55,623 nucleotides of DNA from Clostridia bacterium (GTDB lineage Bacteria; Bacillota; Clostridia; Oscillospirales; CAG-272): NCBI GenBank assembly GCA_017452895.1, contig JAFTLE010000007.1, forward strand, positions 1 to 55,623, written 5' to 3'. Made by a program: the position numbers and the translations under genes. How positions within the stretch are numbered: position 1 is the stretch's first letter; the number at the start of each line of letters is the position of its first letter. The notes below the pieces were generated by a model. That model was not told where the DNA came from, made no database searches, and saw only the letters and a program-made list of their open reading frames with translations. This document shows positions 9,292 to 21,404 of this stretch, piece after piece.

Positions 9292-10689
9292 ATGTTTTCA
9301 CTGGAAGACGTTTGCTCTGCTTTTCTCGCGATCCTTGAGCAAAAGCAGTCTAAAACTATGTTCGATCTTTGGTTTAAGGACCTGAAAATGGTTTCCTTGA
9401 CGGAAAACTCGGCGGTTTTTTCAATTAACAGCGATATCAAAAGATCCTTTTTGGAGACCAAGTGGACCGACCTCGTTGCATCCACGCTCGTTGAGGTCGT
9501 AGGCTTTAAGCCTGAGGTCACCTTTACCTCAAGCGAGAGTGAATTTACCATTCCCGAGGAAATCCTCTCCACCCACGAAAAAAAGGAATCGATCACCTCT
9601 CTTCTTTCCGAGAATGAAAAGAAGGAGGAAAAGATCGACTTCGGCACGGCGATTGAAAATCATTCCATCGTCGCCGATTACACCTTTGATAATTTCATTG
9701 TGGGTGAATCCAATAAATTCGCACACGCCGCCTGCTACGCGGTGGCTACCTCTTCCGACACCTCCTATAACCCGCTTTTGATCCACGGCCCCAGCGGTCT
9801 CGGTAAGACGCATCTGCTTTACGCGATCACAAACGAAATCAAGCGCAACAATCCCGACGTCAGAATCGTATATAAGCGCAGTGAGGATTTTACGAACGAG
9901 CTGATCTCTCACATCCGTACCGACTCAATGCCTGCATTCCGCTCAAAATACAGAAACGCCGACGTGCTTCTGATTGACGATATTCAATTCATCGCGGGTA
10001 AGGAATCGACGCAGGAGGAATTTTTCCATACCTTCAACGAGCTGAATGAAAACAATAAACAGATCATTCTGACCTCCGACCGTCCCCCGAATGAGATCCG
10101 CACGCTGGAGGAGCGTATCCGCACCCGTCTTGAATGGGGACTGATCGCCGATATCCAGCCACCCTCCTTTGAGCTGCGTACCGCCATCATACAGAAAAAG
10201 GCAGAGGCTCTTCATATCAGCATCCCCGCGGAAATCGTCAACTATCTCGCGGAAAAGCTGCAAAATAATATCCGACAGATTGAGGGTGCCATTAAAAAGA
10301 TAGCCGCCATCAGTATGCTCACGGGAAACCCCGTAACCGAGCAGATGTGTAAGAACGCGATCTCCAACCTCGTTTCGGGTAAAGAGCCGCCGAGCGTTAC
10401 GGTGGACAAGATCTTAAAGGTCGTCTCCCAGACCTACGAGGTATCCGTTGAGGATATGAAGAGTAAAAAAAGACAAGGAGAGATCGCAAACGCCCGTCAC
10501 GTTGCCATTTACCTGATCCGTCAGCTGACCGACCTTTCCTTAAATAACGTTGCGGATATCTTCAACCGCGATCATACAACGGTCATGTCCTCGGACAGAA
10601 AGGTGAAAAATGACATCGATTCCTCAAAGGCGGCAGAGGCGGAGATAGACGAGTTAATTCGTAAAATCAAAAACTTTTCCACCTTCTAA
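9292..10689 (+). CDS. dnaA: Chromosomal replication initiator DnaA
   Basis: YTFDNFIVG, YNPLLIHGPSGLGKTHL, LLIDDIQF, QEEFFHTFN, RDHTTV. Confidence 0.99.
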   Translation: MFSLEDVCSAFLAILEQKQSKTMFDLWFKDLKMVSLTENSAVFSINSDIKRSFLETKWTDLVASTLVEVVGFKPEVTFTSSESEFTIPEEILSTHEKKESITSLLSENEKKEEKIDFGTAIENHSIVADYTFDNFIVGESNKFAHAACYAVATSSDTSYNPLLIHGPSGLGKTHLLYAITNEIKRNNPDVRIVYKRSEDFTNELISHIRTDSMPAFRSKYRNADVLLIDDIQFIAGKESTQEEFFHTFNELNENNKQIILTSDRPPNEIRTLEERIRTRLEWGLIADIQPPSFELRTAIIQKKAEALHISIPAEIVNYLAEKLQNNIRQIEGAIKKIAAISMLTGNPVTEQMCKNAISNLVSGKEPPSVTVDKILKVVSQTYEVSVEDMKSKKRQGEIANARHVAIYLIRQLTDLSLNNVADIFNRDHTTVMSSDRKVKNDIDSSKAAEAEIDELIRKIKNFSTF

Positions 10690-10915
10690 CGTGGAAAAGT
10701 TGAAAAAAACCTGTGTATAAAAAACACGAAAATTTCAGTTTTTTTGACACTTTTTTTCCCCGAAAATATCCACCCCATTATCCACATCCTTTTCAACAGG
10801 CAAGGCGGTTATTTTTACTTGATCATTAAAGTATTTTCCGCTTTCCCACATTTAAAACCTCCCCTATTACTTTTATTACTGTTTGATATATTTTAATCTT
10901 TTTTTGAGTTTTGCC
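10690..10915. other. oriC core (DnaA boxes, DnaA-trios, AT-rich unwinding region)
   Basis: Perfect boxes TGTGTATAA (10712-10720) and TTATCCACA (10778-10786). Degenerate boxes at 10690, 10766, 10790 and 10842. Trio run CTA TTA CTT TTA TTA CTG (10864-10881) followed by a T-rich tract. Lies between dnaA and dnaN. Confidence 0.88.
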
Positions 10916-10939
10916 TGACGGCAAGCAGAAAGGAATCCT

Positions 10940-12091
10940 ATGAAAATAACCTTCCGTAAAAACGTACTTCTTGACGGTCTTTTTCCTGCGATGAGCACCG
11001 TCTCCACCCGCAACACCATCTCCTCGATTGAGGGTGTACTGATCGAAACGATGGAGGGAAACACCGTCCGCCTTTCAACCTACGATATGAATAAGGGCAT
11101 CCGCATTCTGATTGAGGCAGAGGAGATATTAGAAGAAGGAAGCTATATTATTAACGCACAGCGTCTTTTACAGATCGTTAAGGTTATGACCGACGAGCTT
11201 GTGACCATTGAGGTAGACGCACGCTATAACGCGCGTATCAGCAGCGGAAAGAGCCAATTTTCTCTCTTTGCGCTCAAGGGCTCCGATTTTCCGAGCCTGC
11301 CTGAGCTGAAGGGTGACCGCGGCTTTGCTCTCAAGAGCAATCTTCTCAAAAAGGGAATCAACAAGATTCTGCATTCGGTTGCGGAAAACGACACGCGTCC
11401 GATGCTTTGCGGCGCAAACTTCAAAATCGGTGAGGGAAAGATCGAGCTTGTCTCCTGTGACAGCTACACGCTTTCCAAATACACGCTTTACGGTGAGATT
11501 GAGGATATTGGTGATGAAAGCTCTATGGAATCATCCTTCATCGTTCCCGGTCACGCGCTGAATGAGCTGATCCGCCTTCTTCCCGACGGTGAGGATCATA
11601 TTACCGAATTCTATATGACGCGCAAGCACTGCATCATTGAGATAGACAATATGGTATTCTTTACGCGTATGATCGACGGTGATTATATTGATTATAATCG
11701 CATCCTGCCGAAGGAGCAGACGATCTTCGTCAGGATCAATCGTGAGGAATTTTTGAGAAGTCTTGAAAGAGCGACCCTCGTTGCCGATGAAAAGATCCAA
11801 GGCAGCGGCCGTAGCCACGTGAAGCTCACGCTTGACGGTAACGTAATGACCGTAACATCCAATTCGGTCAACGGAAATGTTTACGATGAAATTGAATGCA
11901 CGCATGAGGGTGAAGCGCTTGAGATTGGATTTAATTGCCGCTTCTTAATTAACAGTGTCCGTGCGGCAGAGGGAGAGGAGCTTTCCATCACGATGAAATC
12001 TCCCTCACAGAGCATTACCATTGAGCCGACGGAAAAGAGCGACAAAAACGATTTTTACTATATGGTGCTTCCCGTCCGAATGAACGGCTAA
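10940..12091 (+). CDS. dnaN: DNA polymerase III beta sliding clamp
   Basis: Position after dnaA; DFPSLP, TRPMLCG, IGFNCRFL and VLPVR C-terminus. Confidence 0.97.
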   Translation: MKITFRKNVLLDGLFPAMSTVSTRNTISSIEGVLIETMEGNTVRLSTYDMNKGIRILIEAEEILEEGSYIINAQRLLQIVKVMTDELVTIEVDARYNARISSGKSQFSLFALKGSDFPSLPELKGDRGFALKSNLLKKGINKILHSVAENDTRPMLCGANFKIGEGKIELVSCDSYTLSKYTLYGEIEDIGDESSMESSFIVPGHALNELIRLLPDGEDHITEFYMTRKHCIIEIDNMVFFTRMIDGDYIDYNRILPKEQTIFVRINREEFLRSLERATLVADEKIQGSGRSHVKLTLDGNVMTVTSNSVNGNVYDEIECTHEGEALEIGFNCRFLINSVRAAEGEELSITMKSPSQSITIEPTEKSDKNDFYYMVLPVRMNG

Positions 12092-13181
12092 ATGGAGCTG
12101 AAGCGTCTTTCTCTTTCCTCCTTTCGCAATACGGAGGACGGAGTAATTGAGTTTGAGCCGGGTATTAATCTTCTTTACGGAGAAAACGCACAGGGAAAGA
12201 CCAATCTGTTAGAGTCAATCTATTTTTTCGCGCGGGGAAAATCCTTCCGCGGCGCGGGCGACTCTGAAATGCTTGGATTTTCAAAGGATTCCTATTCCAT
12301 ATCGATATCCTTTCACGCAAGCGGCCGCGACCAGACACTTCTTTATCGCTTTGCCGACGGCAAAAGAAGGCGGGAAAAAAACGGCGTGATCTTACAGAGT
12401 CAGGCAGAGATGCTCGGTCATTTCAGATGTGTGATCTTTTATCCTGAGCATTTACAGCTTGTAAAGGGCGGACCCGCAGAGCGGCGCGAATTTTTAAACG
12501 TCGCTATATCTCAGTGCTATCCCGAATATCTGTCGCTTTACGCGGCTTATAAAAAATATCTTGAAAATCGAAACAGCCTGCTTCGCTTCGCGCAGAAGGG
12601 ATTATTTTTCGACTCCGACGAGCTTTCGGTCTTCAGTAAAGGACTTGCCGAATACGCGGCAGAGATCCATCTGTACCGCCGCCGTTATCTTGCACTTTTA
12701 CAAAAGGAAGCGGCGTTCTTTATGAAGGAGATATCGGGTGGTAGAGAGGAGCTTTCCTTATCCTATCTTTCCGACGTGAACGGACAGACGAAGGAGGAGC
12801 TTATCCTTGCCTACATGCGCCTCTTTTCAGAGCAGTTGAATCGTGAGATTGCTGCAGGCTGCACGCTTTTTGGCGTACACCGTGAGGATATTTTGATTCT
12901 CATCAACGGCATTTCGGCGAAGGATTTCGGCTCGCAGGGACAGCAGCGCTCGACCGTCCTGTCGTTGAAGCTTGCGGAGGGTGAGGTTTCCTACGCCGTT
13001 ACGGGTGAGCATCCTGTTTTTCTGCTTGACGACGTATTAAGCGAGCTTGACAGCACGCGGCGGGACTATATCTTACATCGTGCGGGTGAGGGGAAGCAGA
13101 TTATCATCACCTCGTGTGAGGCGGAGAGTTTTCAGGAAAGCGACCGCGTAAATTTGAAAATAAAGGTGGAAAAGGGTTATT

Positions 13182-13207
<26 letters not shown>
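12092..13207 (+). CDS. recF: DNA replication/repair protein RecF
   Basis: GENAQGKTNLLESI, GGPAERREFL, GSQGQQRS, LLDDVLSELD. Confidence 0.97.
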
Positions 13208-15415
<2,208 letters not shown>

Positions 15416-15429
15416 GGAAAGGTAGCAAA

Positions 15430-17985
15430 ATGAGTAAACATATCAAAGTATACGAAAGCGATAATATAGAATTTCCCGAGCAGAAGATCGAAGGGCGGAA
15501 TATGGAGCGGGAGATTAAAAACTCCTTCATAGAATATTCCATGAGCGTTATTACCAGCCGTGCCCTTCCCGACGTCAGGGACGGTATGAAGCCGGGTCAG
15601 CGCCGTATCCTCTATGCAATGTACGAGGATCATCTGACCTACGATAAGCCCTTCCGTAAGTCGGCAACGACGGTCGGTAACGTGCTCGGTCGTTACCATC
15701 CCCACGGCGATGCCGCCGTCTATCAAACGATGGTACGTATGGCACAGTCCTTCTCTCTCCGTTACCCCTTGGTTGAGGGACACGGTAACTTCGGTAACAT
15801 TGACGGCGACGGTGCCGCCGCCTACCGTTATACTGAGGCAAGGCTTGCAAAGCTCGCCGACCAGATGATGGTCGATATCGAGAAAAACGTTGTTGAATTC
15901 GTACCGAACTTCGACAACAGCCGTAAGGAGCCCGTTGTGCTTCCCTCGCGCTTCCCAAACCTGCTTGTTAACGGCTCTGTGGGTATTGCCGTCGGTATGG
16001 CAACGAACATTCCCCCGCACAATTTGAACGAGGTCGTTGACGGCATTGTTTACCGTATGGAGAATCCCGAATGCTCGGTTGCCGAGCTGATGGAATATAT
16101 CAAGGGTCCCGACTTCCCGACCGCGGGCATCATCTACGGCTCGCGCGGAATGTACGATGCCTACACCACGGGTCGCGGCCGCGTAATCGTGCGCGCGCGT
16201 GCGAGGGTGGAGGAGGAGCATCGCCGCATCGTCGTGACCGAGATTCCCTATCAGGTCAACAAGAGCATGCTCGTTGAGTCGATTGCAAATCTTGCAAGAG
16301 ATAAGAAGATCGAGGGCATTACCGACGTCCGTGATGAGAGCGGCCGTATCGGTATGCGTATCGTGATTGAATACAAGCGCGACGCAAACGGAGAGGTCAT
16401 TCTCAATCAGCTCTACAAATACACGCAGATGCAGGATACCTGCGCCGTGAATATGCTGGCGCTGGTCGGCGGTGAGCCGAAGATTCTCTCGCTTCCCGAG
16501 ATCCTCGACCACTATATCACCTATCAGAAGCAGATCATCGTCAACCGCGTCAAGTTCGACCTTGACCGCGCCCGCCGTGAGATGCATATCTTCGAGGGCT
16601 ACAAGATCGCGCTCGATCATATCGACGAGATCATTGAGATCATCAAGCGCAGTGACTCGATCCCCACGGCAAAGGCAAACCTGATGGAAAAATTCGGGCT
16701 TTCGGATGCGCAGGCGCAGGCGATCGTCGAAATGACACTCGGCCGCCTTTCGGGTCTTGAAAGACAGAAGATCGAGGATCGCCTTCTGAGGCTGACCGAG
16801 ACCGTAGCAGAGCTTGAAAGCATTCTGGCAACCGAGGGAAGGGTTGCGGAGATCCTCATCGGGGAGCTGCAGGAGATCAAGCGCAAGTTTGGCGACGACC
16901 GACTGACCGAGCTTGTTGAGGCAACCGAGGAGATCGATATTGAGGATCTGATTGAGCGCCACACCTGTGTGATTACGATGTCGCACGCAGGCTACATTAA
17001 GCGTCAGCCTGCGAAGACCTATTCGGCACAGCACCGCGGCGGTAAGGGTATCATCGGTATGTCCACGAAGGAGGAGGACTACGTTGAAAACGTCCTCGTT
17101 GCCAACAGTCATTCCTTCTTAATGCTCTTTACAAACCTCGGTAAGGTCTATGCGAAGAAGGTTTACAGGATTCCCGAGGCGGGTAGAACCGCAAAGGGAA
17201 CCAATATCGTCAACCTTCTCGAGCTTTCCGAGGGTGAAAAGATCACCTCTATCATTCCGATTGATGCCTTCAATGAAAACGAATACCTCACGATGGTCAC
17301 CAAAAAGGGTGTTATTAAGCGCACCGACCTTTCGGCGTTCGCATATCAGCGGAAGGGCGGCAAAATCGCCATCACACTCGATGAGGGAGACGAGCTTCTC
17401 TTCATCTGCCACACGAAGGGGGATCAGGATATCCTGCTTGCAACGCACGACGGTAACGCCGTCCGCTTCTCGGAGTCCGAGGTCCGCTGTATGGGCAGAA
17501 CCGCCCGCGGCGTACGCGGCATCCGCCTGAAGGGAGACGATCACGTCGTCGGCGTTACGCTGGTTGAGGAGAATAAAAAGCTCCTCACGCTCACAGAGGG
17601 CGGCTTCGGTAAGCGCACCGACTTCGACGACTTCCGCACGATGAAGAATCGCGGCGGCGGCGGTGTCACCTGCCACAAGCTCGGCGACAAAACGGGAAAG
17701 CTTGCGTCGATTGCCTCGGTGGAGGAGGACGACGACCTCATGATCATCACCAACGACGGCACGATCATCCGTACCCCCGTTTCGGGCATTCCGACCTATT
17801 CGAGAACGGCGGGCGGCGTTATCGTGATGCGCTTGTCTGAGGGGGCGAGTATCATGACCTTTACAAAGGTCAAGAGCGAAAAGGAGCTGGAGGCAGAGAC
17901 CGAGCAGGCAGAAGCAACGGCGGCGACCGTGACTCCCATCGCAGAGCTACCCGAAACCGAGGAAAACGACAATGAACAAGCGTAA
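15430..17985 (+). CDS. gyrA: DNA gyrase subunit A
   Basis: RALPDVRDGMKP, HPHGD, RYTE catalytic Tyr, GyrA-box QHRGGKG, beta-pinwheel repeats and acidic tail. Confidence 0.98.
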   Translation: MSKHIKVYESDNIEFPEQKIEGRNMEREIKNSFIEYSMSVITSRALPDVRDGMKPGQRRILYAMYEDHLTYDKPFRKSATTVGNVLGRYHPHGDAAVYQTMVRMAQSFSLRYPLVEGHGNFGNIDGDGAAAYRYTEARLAKLADQMMVDIEKNVVEFVPNFDNSRKEPVVLPSRFPNLLVNGSVGIAVGMATNIPPHNLNEVVDGIVYRMENPECSVAELMEYIKGPDFPTAGIIYGSRGMYDAYTTGRGRVIVRARARVEEEHRRIVVTEIPYQVNKSMLVESIANLARDKKIEGITDVRDESGRIGMRIVIEYKRDANGEVILNQLYKYTQMQDTCAVNMLALVGGEPKILSLPEILDHYITYQKQIIVNRVKFDLDRARREMHIFEGYKIALDHIDEIIEIIKRSDSIPTAKANLMEKFGLSDAQAQAIVEMTLGRLSGLERQKIEDRLLRLTETVAELESILATEGRVAEILIGELQEIKRKFGDDRLTELVEATEEIDIEDLIERHTCVITMSHAGYIKRQPAKTYSAQHRGGKGIIGMSTKEEDYVENVLVANSHSFLMLFTNLGKVYAKKVYRIPEAGRTAKGTNIVNLLELSEGEKITSIIPIDAFNENEYLTMVTKKGVIKRTDLSAFAYQRKGGKIAITLDEGDELLFICHTKGDQDILLATHDGNAVRFSESEVRCMGRTARGVRGIRLKGDDHVVGVTLVEENKKLLTLTEGGFGKRTDFDDFRTMKNRGGGGVTCHKLGDKTGKLASIASVEEDDDLMIITNDGTIIRTPVSGIPTYSRTAGGVIVMRLSEGASIMTFTKVKSEKELEAETEQAEATAATVTPIAELPETEENDNEQA

Positions 17986-18595
17986 ATTTGTAAGGTTTGC
18001 TTGTCTTTTGCTAATTTTGGTTTGCATTTTTTCTCTCTTTTCATGCGGTGCTGACCTTTCGGATGAGGATGCGGCCGCTCGCGCGGCGCAGCTTCTTGAG
18101 CAATCGGTGCTGATTAACCGCATCTATTTTGGCTCGGGCATCCCCGCCGACCCTACGGTGATCGGGGACGCGGCGTACAAGAGAGCCGATCCCGCATTCC
18201 TTGAGGCACACGGCTTTTACAGCGTCGAGCAGCTGAAGAAAAAGACTCTCGAGGTCTACACGAGCTACTGCGCGGAGGATATCTTCTTCAATATCTTCAC
18301 CGCGGTGGTGGGTGTCAGCGACAGCCGCGCGCGCTACCGTGACGATTCGGGAACGCTCTACGTCGACACGAAGGCAGAGGTGCTTTACGCCGACCGCGTT
18401 GAGTTTGATACCGACAGCATCAAGATCGAAAAGAGCAAGAAAAACGTCATCTACTTCACCGTCGATATGACGGTATATAGTGCCGACGAGAGTAAAAGTC
18501 AGACCCTGAAGGAGCAGAGCTTCTCGCTCCGATCGGAAAACGGCGTCTGGCTGCTTGACACACCGACCTACGCCGTCTACTTCGACGGCCGCTGA
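17972..18595 (+). CDS. Lipoprotein, possibly IseA (DL-endopeptidase inhibitor)-like
   Basis: Basic N-terminus, hydrophobic core and LFSC lipobox; ends ...ENGVWLLD; overlaps the gyrA stop. The IseA resemblance is by eye only. Confidence 0.6.
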   Translation: MNKRKFVRFACLLLILVCIFSLFSCGADLSDEDAAARAAQLLEQSVLINRIYFGSGIPADPTVIGDAAYKRADPAFLEAHGFYSVEQLKKKTLEVYTSYCAEDIFFNIFTAVVGVSDSRARYRDDSGTLYVDTKAEVLYADRVEFDTDSIKIEKSKKNVIYFTVDMTVYSADESKSQTLKEQSFSLRSENGVWLLDTPTYAVYFDGR

Positions 18596-18653
18596 AAAGC
18601 CCTATTAGATTCGTATATAAAAAAGAAAAACAAAGAAAAAGGTGGAAAAAAGT

Positions 18654-19055
18654 ATGGAATTTTCAAAAAAGATGATTCTGCTTCGCAAGCAGAACGGCTA
18701 CACGCAGGAGACCTTTGCCGAGGAGATCGGTGTTTCGCGTCAGTCGGTTTATAAGTGGGAGGCAGGTCAGGCGTATCCCGAGGTCGAGAAGCTGATCAAA
18801 ATCGGCAGGGTTCTCGGCATCAAGATCGACGATCTTTTGAACGACGAGTACGTCGTTGAGGCAGCACCCGCCGCACCCCGAGCAAAGCGCGTGAAGAAGG
18901 CCGAGGAGGTCGTAGAGGTCCCCGTTGCAGAGGAGCCCGTCGCGGTAGCCGAGGTGGCACCCGCGCCCGTAGCCGAGGAAGCTCCCGTTCAGCAGGTTGA
19001 GCAAGCACCCGCCGTAAAGAAGGGCTTCTTCAGCAGAATCTTCGGCGGTAGATAA
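18654..19055 (+). CDS. XRE-family HTH protein with A/E/V/P-rich linker and C-terminal amphipathic helix
   Basis: LRKQNGYTQETFAEEIGVSRQSVYKWEAG HTH; tail KKGFFSRIFGGR. Confidence 0.85.
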   Translation: MEFSKKMILLRKQNGYTQETFAEEIGVSRQSVYKWEAGQAYPEVEKLIKIGRVLGIKIDDLLNDEYVVEAAPAAPRAKRVKKAEEVVEVPVAEEPVAVAEVAPAPVAEEAPVQQVEQAPAVKKGFFSRIFGGR

Positions 19056-19085
19056 AAACATAAAAGCGCAAAAAAGAAAAGTCCC

Positions 19086-19115
19086 GTATATTTTTCCGTT
19101 TTTTGGCACATACTG
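19086..19115 (+). promoter_or_regulatory. Putative forespore sigma-F/G promoter
   Basis: GTATA-N15-GCACATACTG, same design as the spoVA upstream element. Confidence 0.45.
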
Positions 19116-19231
19116 GTAGAGGTGGTGCTACAGCGTCTCGCAGAATTTCCGACGGGTTCTGCAAAGCGGCGCTCTCAGCACCCGCGTACATACACGGCGA
19201 AATGCCGTATCACTTGCAAAACGGAGGACGT

Positions 19232-19507
19232 ATGGTTCGCGGTTGTCACAGACGGGTGGTTTTTTTGCGCACCAAGGACAGCAGATTTTTTGAAGAGGCG
19301 TGCTTTTTTCTGCGGGAGGATCTCCCTCCCGCGGAAGGATCTGCCGATATGGTTGATGAGGCAAATCGCATCGTGCGGGAGAGCCTCCTTTCGGGATACA
19401 CGGTATCCGCTCCCGCGCCGATGCGGCGCACCGTTGGGGGACTGTTATTTTCGATCGGGCTGTTGGCGGGCGTTTTACTGACCGTCCTGTTTTTCTGCGC
19501 CCTTTGA
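19232..19507 (+). CDS. Hypothetical protein with C-terminal TM helix
   Basis: GGAGG RBS before ATG 19232; MVRGCHRRVVFLRTKDSRFFEEACFFL; hydrophobic tail. Confidence 0.7.
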   Translation: MVRGCHRRVVFLRTKDSRFFEEACFFLREDLPPAEGSADMVDEANRIVRESLLSGYTVSAPAPMRRTVGGLLFSIGLLAGVLLTVLFFCAL

Positions 19508-19575
19508 CGGAAATAAAGATGATGAAGCTTTCAATCGGGCTTTTGCCCGATTTGTTTTGAATGGAGAATATATAT

Positions 19576-21255
19576 ATGGCTAAAAAAACAAAGAATACGC
19601 AGCCCCTGCGGATCATTTCACTTGGCGGCTTGCAGGAGATCGGTAAAAATATCACCGTTCTCGAATACGGAAACGATATTCTGGTCATTGACTGCGGACT
19701 TGCGTTTCCCGACGATGAGATGCTTGGTGTTGACCTTGTCATTCCCGACGTCGATTATCTTGAAAAAAACGCGGATCGCATCCGCGCCGTTCTTTTAACG
19801 CACGGGCATGAGGATCATATCGGTGCCCTTCCCTACGTATTGAAAAAAATCAACCCGCCGATCTACGGCACGCGCCTGACGCTCGGCATTCTGAAAAATA
19901 AGCTTGAGGAATTCCGCTATGAAAAAAAACCGGACCTTCATACGGTCGAGGCAGGCAGCATTCTGAATTTCGGTGTCTTCCGTGCGGAATTCATTCACGT
20001 GAATCATTCGATCGCCGATGCCTGCTGTATCGCGATCAAAACGCCGCTCGGCACGGTACTGCATACGGGCGACTTCAAGCTTGACGTCTCCCCGATCGAC
20101 GGACAGATGATGGACATCGCGCGGCTCGGACAGCTTGGCAACGACGGTGTACTTCTGATGCTTGGAGAATCGACGAATGCCGAACGTCCGGGCTTCACTC
20201 CCTCGGAGCGGAAGGTCGGCAGCTCGCTTGAGCAGATCTTTATGGCAAACCCCGACAACCGCATCATCATCGCAACCTTCTCCTCGAATGTGCACAGAGT
20301 TCAGCAGATCGTTGACGCATCGGCGCGCCACGGGCGTAAGGTCGCGGTGATCGGCCGCAGTATGCAGAATGTGGTCGGTGCGGCGGTCGAGCTTGGCTAT
20401 ATGAAGGTGCCCGACGGCGTGTTGATCGATATTTCGGAGATCCGCCGCTTCCGTGACGAGGAGCTGACGCTCATCACCACGGGCAGTCAGGGGGAGCCGA
20501 TGAGTGCGCTCTACCGCATCGCCTTCGCGGAGCACGATAAGGTCAAGCTCCGCCCGAAGGATCTCGTCATCCTCAGCTCCTCCCCGATTCCCGGCAACGA
20601 GAAGCTGGTCGGTAAGATCGTCAACGCCCTTGTCAAAAACGGCATCCGCGTGGTCAACGACTCGGCGGCAGACGTCCACGTATCAGGTCACGCCTGTCAG
20701 GAGGAGCTGAAGCTGATGCTCGCGCTGATCCGCCCCAAGTATTTTATGCCGATCCACGGCGAATACCGCCATCTTTACGCGCATAAGGCACTTGCCGAGT
20801 TTATGGGTATTGCGCCCGAAAACGTCTTCGTTTCCGAGATTGGAAGGGTGCTCGAGATTGACAAAAAGGGCGCTCGCTTCAACGGCAGCGTGCCTGCCGG
20901 CAAAATCCTCGTTGACGGCTCGGGTGTTGGCGATGTCGGAAGCGTTGTTCTGCGCGACCGCAAGCATCTGTCGCAGGACGGCCTCATCGTCGTGGTTGCC
21001 ACGGTCGATCTTCAGGACATGACCGTGCTTTCGGGACCCGACATCATCTCGCGCGGCTTTGTCTACGTGCGTGAGTCGGAGGAGATGATGGAGGAGGCGC
21101 GCGCCCGCGCGGGCCGCGCACTTGAGGAGGCGCTTGCCGACGGCACGACCGATTGGATGCAGCTCAAAAACGCGGTCAGAGAGGCACTTTCGAAGTACTT
21201 CTTCAACAAGACCAAGCGCAAGCCGATGATCCTACCCGTTATTATGAACGTTTAA
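19576..21255 (+). CDS. rnj: Ribonuclease J
   Basis: LGGLQEIGKN, THGHEDHIG, HTGDFK, ESTN, GSQGEP, HVSGH, PIHGE. Confidence 0.97.
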   Translation: MAKKTKNTQPLRIISLGGLQEIGKNITVLEYGNDILVIDCGLAFPDDEMLGVDLVIPDVDYLEKNADRIRAVLLTHGHEDHIGALPYVLKKINPPIYGTRLTLGILKNKLEEFRYEKKPDLHTVEAGSILNFGVFRAEFIHVNHSIADACCIAIKTPLGTVLHTGDFKLDVSPIDGQMMDIARLGQLGNDGVLLMLGESTNAERPGFTPSERKVGSSLEQIFMANPDNRIIIATFSSNVHRVQQIVDASARHGRKVAVIGRSMQNVVGAAVELGYMKVPDGVLIDISEIRRFRDEELTLITTGSQGEPMSALYRIAFAEHDKVKLRPKDLVILSSSPIPGNEKLVGKIVNALVKNGIRVVNDSAADVHVSGHACQEELKLMLALIRPKYFMPIHGEYRHLYAHKALAEFMGIAPENVFVSEIGRVLEIDKKGARFNGSVPAGKILVDGSGVGDVGSVVLRDRKHLSQDGLIVVVATVDLQDMTVLSGPDIISRGFVYVRESEEMMEEARARAGRALEEALADGTTDWMQLKNAVREALSKYFFNKTKRKPMILPVIMNV

Positions 21256-21278
21256 TTTGGCAAATCATTTGATAAGAG

Positions 21279-21312
21279 AAGGCTGTCTCAAACCCGGTTT
21301 GAGACAGCCTTT
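21279..21312 (+). terminator. Intrinsic terminator, member of a GGCTGTCTCAAA palindrome family
   Basis: GGCTGTCTCAAA-CCCGG-TTTGAGACAGCC followed by a T tract. Confidence 0.8.
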
Positions 21313-21404
21313 TGATATAGAAAACAAAAAAGAGGAAACATCTGTACTGTTTATCGGACACATCCTTCGATATACTTTAAGTGAAAAGGATGGGAGGTGA
21401 CCGA

